This document shows positions 52,849 to 64,000 of a stretch of 64,000 nt of DNA, piece after piece (position 1 is the stretch's first letter; each line of letters starts with the position of its first letter). Origin of the DNA: the human T2T-CHM13v2.0 reference genome, Homo sapiens. The stretch lies in assembly GCF_009914755.1 (NCBI RefSeq), contig NC_060928.1; one strand, written 5' to 3'. Under the pieces are notes generated by a model. The model had not been told where the DNA came from. It saw only the letters and a program-made list of their open reading frames with translations, and searched no databases. The position numbers and the translations under genes were made by a program.

Positions 52849-55800
52849 CACCTAGTACATGATAAATGCTACATAAATATTTGATATTATTATTTAAGAT
52901 ATGGAAGGTAAAGTATTCATTCCTATATAGTTGATAAAAAGATGAAGGCCATTTGTTCTGCCCACGACAACTTTACTATATAGCTAAAGAAACTATGTAA
53001 GTTAAATTATTCACATAAAATTCAGTTAACCCACTTAAGGCAAATAACATTATACAGGCATAAAATGTTTAAAGTAATACTTATGAAGAAAATGAAGATA
53101 ATTAACATGATTGTGCATCATATAGTTATTCCCAAGTGAATGGTACTGCCTAGTACTGATTTCACCATTTCCCATCATCTTTTTTACAAAGCCATGTGAC
53201 AAGTAGTATTATTTACAAGGTATTTTACTGGAGATCCATTACATGTTAACTTCTAAAACATTTCTTAAAAATGTTCTTTAATGATGTAAAGAGACAAAGT
53301 GACAGGCAGAAATGTACAGCAGTATACAGGACAGCTCAGGGCCTCTCAGCTAGCACCTAAAAATGTAGGACCAAAATGCTGCTTATACCCTTGAGTGTTG
53401 TTTCTCATGGAGTAATTCTTGAGCCAAACTATCAGTTCAGCTTTGCCATTAAATTTTTTTAATATCCAGAGATTGTCTTTAGGATTTAGCGATCTTATGA
53501 GAACATCCCATTTTCAACAGCTATCATTTGGGAATATCCAGATTCTCAAGCATAATAGATGGAAAATAATGTGATTTCTGAGCCCATCTGGTCATCTGTG
53601 CTGGACAGTTCCAAGCAAATACCCTGAAAAAATCGATTTCGCTGGCAAATTTATAAATTTGGTCCTAAATTCTATGAGTTTGTTTAGTGTTCCTCCACTG
53701 GGCAGCAGAGATGCTAAGTGGTAATGACAAACTCAGATATGCACATTTAGGTAATTATTTTAGATTCCAAACACCTGCGCCAAGAGTGGGTTGCTATTCA
53801 ATAATCTCAATTATCCTCCAGCTGCCATATGACTTGTTTCACATGTAGACTAGGCAAAGATCATATATCTCACCTCATTTCTCCCCCCAGGCCCTATCTC
53901 TGATTTTCAGGTCTTTTTATAGTTGCTTCAATCAATGCTATAACACATTAAGTGGATATTTATGGAAAATCAATTCAGAATGCTATAATTAGCGAGCACT
54001 GTAAGCTTGGAAATAATGTTGATGCAAAGCATTCAACTCCAGGAAGGGATTTATCTATAATAAAACTTGTATAGAATTACCTATGACATTTAACAATACT
54101 GACTTTGTTCATATTCAATCTTGGTTTTTAGTTTATTTATTTGAGATAGCACATGATAGTCTTCATCCTATTTTCTCAAAAATGATTATGAATATTCACC
54201 TAAGTTACATGGGAGCAAAATGGAATGTTGTCTTTGAATATGTAGTCTAAACATTTTCAGCACTATGTTAGAAGCAGTAGGAAATCTGATTTTGTATCCC
54301 ATATGTGAAATAATTTTAATGGTTTTCATGTATCAGAAAGGCATACTACAAAAAATTAATTGCACTGTCCTTTTAATTTCAAGCTCCTATGAAGAAATTT
54401 TTCTGGAATGAGTAAATTAAAATCTCACTGTGTCTCTCTCTCTCTCTCTGCCTTTCTTTCTCTTTCTCCTTTTTTCTCTCTTTGATGGAATAACAGGCTT
54501 TTATCAGTTCAGGTTGATTCTAAGCAATGACTTCAGAAATTAAATCAGGCTGGCTACTCAAAAACTCGAGGACCAAAACAGAAACTTCTTAAGTAGTTTT
54601 GGATGTTTGTATAATGGAGTAAACAGCTTGAAATTAGATACTATTGTCACTATCTTTAGTTCCCAAGTTTACATATATATGGCAGAAAGATTTGGGCAGA
54701 AGGGATGTTTGATAATATGCAAATTTCTCGGTCTTCACCATAGAAATTCTGATTCAATTTGATTCATTTGAAAACACAAAAATGAGTCTTAACTAAATTA
54801 TCCAGAAACAGCATTTTCAGAAACAATAATTTCTAGACCAAAAGACTCCTTCATATTGCTCAAACAGTCCTGCCTTTCTCTCTCTGCCTCAAATGGTCCT
54901 GCCTCAAACTCTCTTAATGGTTAATTTTTCAAGATCCTGTGTTTATTCTTCCCAGAGCCAAATTCTTACCCCTCCTTATTAATGATTAAAGTGGTTAAAG
55001 CAGTTGTCAAAAAAACTCAGCAACAGGGCAGAGACTCAAACTCACTCTTCTGTCCTCTCTTTCCCTAATACCACCCTGTGCCCTTAAGGACCCAGTGTAC
55101 TTACCCTAAATCAGCCTATGGAGCCTAACTAATAGGGCTATACAAGTCATTAGAGCACTTCGGTTTTCAAGGTAGCTGCATAGCCTAAAGAATGATGTGG
55201 GCCATTACTTTATCCTTGATTACAGAAAAAAGGAATTCAGCAGTGTTTGTACTTCCATAATAGAAGAATCAACTTTGCATTAGTTTTATCTTCTGAGATA
55301 TGACAAAATAAATAGATTGAGCTATTACAATGCTAGCTTAATAAAAAATCATAAACAACAAACAGAATAATAGTTTCCTTTGGGGAAACAGCAATCCAAC
55401 AGTAGCTGCTATGTTTTATTTCTAAGTTGAGATATAAGTACATTACAATATTATTTATACTTATTTTAAATTAATTATTTAAATAAACTAGTATTAGATG
55501 CTTATTATCTAGAAAGGTGGACATAAATGATGAAACAAACTAGTGAATAAGTAGAAAATTGTTGTCTTTGAGGAGCTAAAGTTGGAGTGGGAAAGTGGAA
55601 AAAGATGCAAGAAACTCACTTTTTTCATAAAACGTTTTTTGATAGTTCAGTATACAATGAACTATTTGATAAATGTAAAATTTCAATAAAAATTTTAAAA
55701 CTGATAACTTTGCTAATGTTTTTAATTTTTTGGTTTTTTTCTTTTTAAATTTTTTGTTTTGTTGTTTTCTACTTAGTTTACATATTCACATTATGGAACA

Positions 55801-57745
55801 CTATCTAGAGAAAAAGTCAAAAATAATGTATGTTTTCCTTACTCTTCATTTTAGTTATCTTTAGACTACTCTGATCTGGGTTACTTTTTGAGCTTTTAGT
55901 TTTGTCTGACTATTTTCTGCCTTTTTAGTATCTTTCAAAGCCTCAAAATATTTTATTAAAGATCAGTTCTTTTACCATTCTTGTCTCTCACTTCAATTTA
56001 GAGCGTTTCCGTTTCTGTGAATCTAATAATCACAAATACAATTTGTTCATTTTTAAGTAGCTTCCTAATTCATCTCAATGATGCATGGTGTTCCAGTTCC
56101 ATGGGGTTTGTTTACCACGTCAGCAATCTGTATACAGCATGTGAATCTGTCAATCCCTGACTTCATTAAGATTAAATTTGCTTCAACATGGCAAATATAG
56201 TTGCCCCCAGGTTTAGATATGATGAACTGAAGGACAGAACCTGGCCTGCTGTCAGGTGGAACTGTCAAGTGGACTATGTTGCTCTGTCCTTGTTTTATTT
56301 TTATATAGAAATTCTGTATCTTAGAGGGATATCAAAGGTTACCAACATTTAGATTATGAATATAATTTACCACAAGAATTCTATTATTCTCTGAAAAAGA
56401 AAAACCATACATTATATATAGTCCTTGAGAATTTTAACTGCTTTTTCCTAAGAATTTTTTTTAAATTGTGCATTATTGACATAAACGATGTAGAATATTT
56501 TAATAAAGAAACAGTCTGTACATATGGTGGTTTTAAACAATTTACTATTCATCCAGATATTGAGTATTTTCTACTAGCTTCATGGCCATGAAAAAACTGC
56601 TTAGCTCTGTGCCTTAGTTTTCTCTTCTGTAAAAGGAGGTTTATGAAACTATCAATATAATAAGATTAAACAATTTAATAATAAAGCTAACAATTATGCA
56701 CAGCCCTTATCATGTGTCAGACACTGTTTTAAGCCTCTTGCGTGTAATACTTATTTAATTTTCAAAACAACCCTGCAGAGAGTTACTCTTACCAACGTCT
56801 ACATTTTACAAGTTAGGAAACTGAGGTGGGGCAATTGAGATACAATGGAATCTATGACAGACATGATTTCTACTCTTAAAGAGCTTATATAGACTATAGA
56901 AGATAAACAATAAAATCAAGTGTGATTAGTGTTTGGTTATGGGCATCTATGAGATGGGACAGCAGGAGACACTAGGAGGCTTCAATCTACTCTAGAGAGT
57001 AAGGTAAAACACCTCAGGGCAGATGAAGTCATAAAAGCTGAGCTCCCTGTGTTCTGAAGATGACCACACAGTCCCATAGGTGTTCATTGACAGATAAGTA
57101 TCAAAAGAGATAGTTGAAGAAAAGGCTTTTCAGGAAGAATACAGGAAAGTAGGAGCTGCTTTTTCTCTAGTAGTATTAATACATGTCAACTGAACAGGGA
57201 AAATAAGCAGAGAGGAGTGCAGCATTGGTCAAGGGAAGACAGCAGGGTATAACTCCATTGCATTGTACCTCTTTGCTTTGACTCTCAGCTAGAGAGCAGA
57301 ACAGAAAGTCACTCTCTTTTGCCCTCCCTCTTGCTTCCTTTTAGTTAATGAACATGTAAGAGGCCACTATAAGCCAGGCCCTTCTAGGAAACAGCAGCGA
57401 ATATTATAGATAAGGTTCCCACCCTCAGGGTCTTTACATTCCTATGGGAGCCTAACCAAAGTAAAAACTTAACTACTGAAATTATCACTTTTAAACAGGA
57501 AAAGCAATTTTTAAGACAATATTCTAGAAAATGCAGGCCCAGGCTCATTTGTTTCTAATTGACATTTCCTTTAATGACAGGAGTGGCAGATGAAATTATT
57601 CTGGAACCACAGCATAAAGAATGAATAGAACATATGAAGAATCATTAGGCAGAAGGTAAAGCTTGCTTCTTGTCTTATCTAACAGGACAAGACGGTAAAA
57701 CCATTAAGTCAAAACATAAGTAATCAACATTAACCACGTTGACCA

Positions 57746-57780
57746 ATGATGATGATGATGATGACAATGATGATGATGAT
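57746..57780. repeat. (GAT)n microsatellite
   Basis: Seen directly, one interruption. Confidence 0.9.
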
Positions 57781-58173
57781 TATACACTAGTAATAGTAGA
57801 AAAATAAGCACTTATATTTCAGACAGTGACAGTGTGCTGAGTTTTTTTTTTTTTTTTTATAGACAATAGCTCATCCAACCCTCAAAACTTTTTATACATG
57901 AGAAACTTCAGATCTGGAAGAGTTAAGCAACCAGTTGAAGGTCAGTCACCCAGCAAGAAAGTAGCAAAATTGAGATTTAAATTGTTACTTGTCATGATAC
58001 TTTTTGGACATAATTGAGACTAGAATAGATATAGATAGGTAGAGATATAGATATATACACAGAGATGTATATACATACATAAACATCTCTCTATCTGTAT
58101 ATATACAGATAGAGAGCAAGAGAGAGACTGGATGACTGGATTTTACCCATGTATACAGAAAGAGAGACACTGG

Positions 58174-58175
<2 letters not shown>

Positions 58176-58241
<66 letters not shown>

Positions 58242-58266
58242 GAGAGAGAGAGAGAGAGAGAGAGAG
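58176..58266. repeat. (TA)31 followed by (AG)13
   Basis: TA at 58176-58237, AG at 58241-58266. Confidence 0.95.
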
Positions 58267-58529
58267 TATGAGTAAAATCCACTGTCTGCAGAAACTGACA
58301 AAGCAGCTTTCAGTCTACTAATAATAGTTTTATTTTAATATCTTATTCATGACCAACTTATTTTAAGTAGTACATAGGATTTAACAGAGAAATAATATCA
58401 TATATCTCTCAATTATATAGCACATCTTTTTGTTTAAAGAGTGATGAGTCAATCTTCCCCCAAACATACTACAAAACATTGCAGGCTTCAGTTTTATGCA
58501 CAGCTTTCACCTTGATTACAATGAGTCCC

Positions 58530-59030
58530 TGTATCAGTCAAGGTCATGGCAAGACACAGACACTCAAAGTTCTTGATTGAGTAGAGGTTAATTAAGGGAA
58601 TATTGACAAAGTGTGAGCCGGGATAAAATGAACCCAACAAGAGATGATGAAACACTACAAGGCCGGTAACAGGGAAGAATCCTTACTATCTCCCCACCTG
58701 GAAGGCAAGGGAAGACAGCAGTTACCCTGACTTGGAGAGAGTGCCTGCAACTGAGGATAAGGTTGCCCAGCAGGGGCACCGGTCACAGCTCCAGCAACTC
58801 AGCCACTGCCCAACTGCAGCCATGAGAGAGGGAGCCAGGGAAGAAATACCCTCACCTCATCATTCTCCCATGCTCCCAATATCTTTTGGTGTCTTCCACT
58901 ACCCAAATCCTACCAAAAGCTAGGGGGAAATGGAGCATAGTTGATATTGCACACAAGGGCAGCCTTCTAGAGGCTGGAAGAAGGAGACAGATGCAGGGTT
59001 CCAGGATGGGTCCATGGTTTCTGGCCATCC
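58530..59030 (-). mobile_element. LTR79-like old ERVL LTR
   Basis: 'tgtatcagtcaaggtcatggcaag...cacactcaaa...gaggttaattaagggaatattgacaaagtgtg'; family tentative. Confidence 0.5.
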
Positions 59031-59401
59031 AGTGCATAGTGGTTGTGGCATGCACTCAAAAAAGCAACAAGAGTCAGATGAGGAGTTCATTTTTGAAATA
59101 AGTCTATTCACTTTAAAATGAGTTCAGTTTTGGAAGGTGTATTTATTTATTCCCATTCTGTTTAGGTCTTTAAATAATTGTGAGTTGTCTGTATTTAATT
59201 ATTGCCTATATAAACATGTAATTTTGAAGCTTTTTACATAAAACAAAAAAAAAAGTGGAAACTCTTCTCCACTTGAGATAATATGTTTAAATCTGCCTGA
59301 AAGGTACATATTGATACATATTGATATATGAGTGTGTCTACATGGAGGACCAAGAGGATGAACTCAGACTCTGGTATTGAGAAGATACTGAAGAAACAGA
59401 A

Positions 59402-59758
59402 TGACATGGTTTGGCTGTGTCCTTACTCAAATCTCATCTTGAATTGTCACTCCCATAATTACCACATGTTGTGGGAGGGAACAGATGGGAGAGAACTGAA
59501 TCGTGGGGGCAGTTTCCCCCATACTGTTCTCATGGTAGTAAGTCTCACGAGATCTGATGATTTTATAAGGGGTTTCCCCTTTTGCTTGGCTTTCGTTCTC
59601 TTTTGTCTGCCACCACGTAAGATGTGCCTTCGCCTTCCACCATGATTGTGAGGCCTCACAAGCCACATGGAACTGTGAGTCCATTAAACCTGTTTTTCTT
59701 TTTAAATCACCCAGTCTTGGGTATGTCTTTATTAGCAGCATGAGAACAGACCAATGCA
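59402..59758 (+). mobile_element. THE1B-like MaLR solo LTR
   Basis: TGACATGGTTTGGCTGTGTCC...AGAACAGACCAATGCA; ATTAAA; TSD cagaa/caaaa. Confidence 0.9.
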
Positions 59759-60659
59759 CAAAATAAAATGAAAAAATGAAACTAAAGCTAAAAAGCTGTG
59801 GTGGGACATTCACCACATCCCTTGTTTCTACAGTATGGAAGGAATTTCCCACTGCACTCCTAAAAGGAGCAATATGGGAGGAATCCTTTATGCTCCCTTT
59901 TTTTTTTAATACCTTTTCACTTCTCTCCCAGGGAGGAGGAATGACATCTGACTGGTGAGTGATTCTGGATAGTATCTCTCCCTCCCTTCCTCTCTCTTTC
60001 TTCCCATTTTCAGATACACAGCAGTTCCTGCTCCTCTGTGGGAAGAACCTCTTAGAACAGACCATGACCCTATGGGTTATTATTTGGGAGTTGGGAATGG
60101 GTGGAATGGAGTTGAGTGGCCTGTAGTTCTGAGTGAGTAAAATTATCAATTCAGAAAACTGTCAGGAAGACCAAGGTGACCTACATGTTAGCCATACTCT
60201 CCAACTTGGATAGACCAATAATAAAGCAAATGTTTTGATCTCCATCTGTTTAACTCACATATCATTTCAACTGGTTTGCAACTTGAGAGGAGAAAAGAGG
60301 AATTATGTTATTACCATACTCTAAAAAGAAGTCCAACCACAGCTTTCTTGAATAATAAAATAATATAAGAAATATAGTCCTCCTGATCCTTTATTTAACT
60401 CTAAGCATATGCACATTTTGTAACAACTTTAATCTGCCCACTTGGTTTGAGGAGGCACATCATAGGAGTGAGATGACTCATTAAATAAATCTCAGGTGTT
60501 GGAGGACAGAGGTACTGCTGAGAGATTAAACAGAAACCAGTGACACAGCTGAGGTTCAAATTTCAGTTTCCATTAATGTGTACATACCCAAATCTGCTCC
60601 TGTCATTAATTCCCCCCAAAACAACCTATTAAAAATAAGAAATAAACAAAGAAGCAAAC

Positions 60660-61185
60660 TTCCACTATATTTCACTGCTCTCAGGATGAAGTCTGAAATC
60701 TCTGACAGGATATCTAAACTTTTCTTCTATTATGGATTCATCTTGTACCATAATCCCCCTTACTCTCTATGCTCTTCGGTTACTCAAACCAACCAATATT
60801 CTCCCTCCTGCCACAGGACCTTTGTATGTGCTGTTCCCTCTACTTGCAAAGTTCTCCCCCCCCTACACTAGTCAACTGCTACTCATGAGTCCTCTTTCAG
60901 CTTGAGCTTTACTCCCTAAGGGAAGCTGCCTTGGCCCTTCAATTTAGGTTGTGGATGGTGTTATATTTTCTCATGGTTCCATCTCTCTTTCTGTCTCTCT
61001 CTCTATATAAACTTATCCTGGTTGTGATGTATTCATGGATGGGATTGTTTGTTTAATGACTATTTTAATCCAGACTGTAGCTTCATGAAAGTAGAGACTA
61101 CATGTAATTTTGCTCACCTACTATTTGCAACAGAGTTTAGTGGAGTCTTAATGATTATATGTGGAATCAATGAATAAAAGAATCA
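60660..61185 (+). mobile_element. L2 3' remnant
   Basis: 'cactgctctcaggatgaagtc', 'cctgccacaggacctttgtatgtgctgttccctctac', 'agactgtagcttcatgaaagtagagact'. Confidence 0.65.
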
Positions 61186-61944
61186 GTTAAAATTAATGAA
61201 AAAATAGTTACCCAAGTGTTAACGTACCACATATATCTATGCAAAAATACTGACTAAATAGATTTTATGGGTCTTAGGATACAGAATTTTAGTGTAACTC
61301 AAGAAAATATTCCAAACTGAAAAACAAATTCATTTCTACATTAGATTTTCATAGTTTATTTTCTGTTTCTCAAAAATGTTCATTTCATTCTAGTGGCCTT
61401 AAGTTTTTAAAAAGTCATATCTGCTGTGGTTCAATATACTTATTTCTTTACTAAGGGATTTCTTTACACAGGAATTAACATAGTAGCATTATTATATTTT
61501 ACTTTAACTATCAAGATGATCTAATAAGTTTTCTAAATTATAAATTATTCCCAAAATAAATGTTGCACATCCAAAAGTCTTATAATAGTTTTTATTTATA
61601 AAATAAAATCATAAGATGCTGGAAGTAGAATAATAGAAGTTGGTTTCTCTAAGGAAACAAAAAACACAGCACCTCAGTTCTAACAAATTCTACAAATTGC
61701 TAGTCACGTGCAGGGGTAAAGTTAAATAGCCTGGACATCTGTATGATTTAGGGTAATGATGCCTGCTCTGTCCCTTCACTAGATGAGGATCACATAAAAT
61801 ATAATGTGGTCTCATCTCTCTGTAAAATCGAAAGCACAATTCAAATCTAAGATAGTCTTAGTCTATCCTGATGCTGTAAAATTTCAAAGAAAATTTTGAT
61901 GTTGTCGTGGACTCTGAAGCTACATCACACTGTTCCAAAACTGG

Positions 61945-62190
61945 GACGTGTTGGGGCTAAGAACACAGCCTCTGGAACCAGACTACTAGTCTCAAATTCC
62001 AGCTTGCCCACTTACTGGCTGTGCAACCTCAGGCAAGATACTTAACCTCTCTGCCTATGTTTCCACGGTAGTAACATGAAGATAATAATAGCATAGATCT
62101 CATAGTGTTATCAAGTTGATGAAATGAGGTAGCATATGGAAAGGCCAAAGAAAAGAGTAAGCATCAATTAAAAATTAACAATTATTCATA
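61945..62190 (+). mobile_element. MIR
   Basis: 'tctggaaccagact...cacttactggctgtgcaacctcaggcaagatacttaacctctctg'. Confidence 0.75.
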
Positions 62191-63152
62191 GGCAGGGTGC
62201 TGTGTAAGACTTCACTGCTTGATTTATTAATTGCGTATATGGAATAGTATGGATGGTGACAATTTATTAAGTTGTTCACCATATGATTCTGTAGTCTTTG
62301 ATGGAGAGAAAAAATCCCTACCCATTTGACACTTCAAAGATATTTTATCAAAGGGAATATAACTTTGCCAATTAGAATTTAATTAATAGAGATTCATCAT
62401 TCCTCATTTATAACTCATCTTTACCATCTTTTTGTCTCACGTTTACTGTGGTTCTCTCTTCTTGCCCAATGCAATGTGTGCCCAGTTCTTTTGATTAGCT
62501 TGTAACTTCATCTCTCAGACCAGTCCTCTAAATTTTCAAAGTGGTTTGTCTTTAATCTTAATACCTGTGTTCTCTTGGTCTTGAGAATACTCCACTTGAA
62601 GATTTGATAAGCCTTCTTGTACATTTCATGCCAATTACCTCCCTGGATGGATTTAGTGATAAAGAAATCAGAGATGCAACCTAATACTGACTCCTGCAGG
62701 AATCATTACAATTTTGCATAATGTCATTTATCGGGACCCACTGCCAGTCTCCATTATGGGAAGAAGATTCACTTTGAAGCCTGTTTGAATCAATTTGTAA
62801 AACTGCTTGAGATACTAACAGATGATTTACTGAAATTGAGATACAACTATTGCCTTTTTGGCAGCCATAAATGGTGTTTCTCTGTCAAAACAGCAATCAA
62901 GTGAGTTTTACATGATTTGTTGTTAAGAAACTCACAGACTTCACGGCTTACATTTGTTTCCTCCTCTGGATGCTGGCAACTCCTTTCCCTGTCCCCTTAC
63001 TTTGAAGTGATTAAAGGGATTTCTGAGAATCAGTGATTGCCAGAGGCTTGTTGTGTTGTACTTTAGTCACTTTCATCTTGTCTTGCTCTAGGCATGTTTT
63101 CAATGTACATCTTTAATTCCACCCATGAATCAGAATTGTTAGTAGTCCCGGG

Positions 63153-63299
63153 ATTTTATTTGTTTGTTTATTTATTTATTAGGGACGAGGTCTCGATATG
63201 TTGTTGCCCAGGCTGATCTCAAAATCCTGGGCTCAACGAATTCTCCCACCTAAGCCTCCAGAGTAGCTGGGACGACAGGTTCAAGTCACCATGCCCCGC
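63153..63299 (-). mobile_element. FLAM-type Alu monomer
   Basis: Single monomer 'ggtctcgatatgttgttgcccaggctgatctcaaaatcctgggctcaa...gagtagctggg' with a TTTA-type tail. Confidence 0.8.
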
Positions 63300-64000
63300 A
63301 TGTTTTTATTCTTGTTTGTGTTCATGGATGATTTCTTGCTCCAATCAAGGGCTGTGACAGGAATCAAGTATCTTCAGGAGTACAGGGCCAGACCCATCCT
63401 TAAAACAGCTTTAAAATGCTCCTCAGACTGAAATTGTTACAACTCTAAAGATCAACTGACCATGATCAAAATAACACATTTAGGGCTGCGCAGAGTTTAC
63501 ATAGCACCAGTGGCTATTGTGCAACTGTATAAAATAAATGGGAATTTCTGTTATCTTCCCTAATCTGTCAGAAGGTGCTAAGAGGAAAACGTGACATAAG
63601 GTCCTCAACCTTTGTTTCCTTCTCCATGATCTCAGGCAGAATCACAGATGGTTTTGAGACCAAAACCCACACTTCATTTTTGCATAACTCCCATGATACC
63701 AATTCTTTTAACCCTTGGTTTCAAAACTCAGTGTCACACTGTCTGTCCTCATTTTTGCTAACTACTAAATTCCTAATCTATATTTCCATGACTTTCTCCT
63801 AGGCCAGCTTGCAAGCAGTGGTTGTGAGTTTTGCATGCATTTCTTCTTTTACTCTAAACAAAAAAGAAAACAATATCACATTTACAACTCTGGTACACTT
63901 CATAAAAATTTGAAAAAGAGATTTATCTTGTGAATATTACAATTGTAAAAGAAAATTCGGTTTTTCTGGACAATATGCAATCAAAAATCAAATAGCTGAC

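Noticed and set aside
56065-56268. 67-aa ORF in unique sequence
   Set aside because: Short, no recognisable family and no convincing splice boundaries.
59427-60149. Longest ORF in the window (240 aa)
   Set aside because: Non-ATG start, about half is antisense THE1 LTR, and no recognisable domain.

Overview
Hominid (human or great ape) nuclear DNA, AT-rich and dominated by transposable elements. A complete SVA fixes the lineage as hominid. I see no protein-coding exon, RNA gene, CpG-island promoter or CRISPR array. The ORF track is explained by repeats (SVA VNTR, Alu, LTRs, broken L1 ORF1/ORF2) or by chance. Contents: one full-length SVA with a perfect TSD, one full-length decayed L1 (L1PA16/17-L1PB age), several truncated L1s, five Alus and a FLAM, about 19 solo LTRs or LTR remnants, three DNA transposons, many MIR/L2 relics and microsatellites. 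I did not find a new biological system. The most notable structures are: (1) a short L1 insertion carrying a ~110-bp 3' transduction, inside an LTR inside a MIR (52335-52691); (2) two local duplications not made by transposition, within 1.9 kb (46311-48153); (3) all 11 confidently oriented LTRs in the first ~43 kb lie on +, hinting at a minus-strand host transcript; (4) a palindrome and (TA)31 fold-back cluster near 58.1 kb. Subfamily names come from recalled Repbase/Dfam consensus sequences and need RepeatMasker confirmation.
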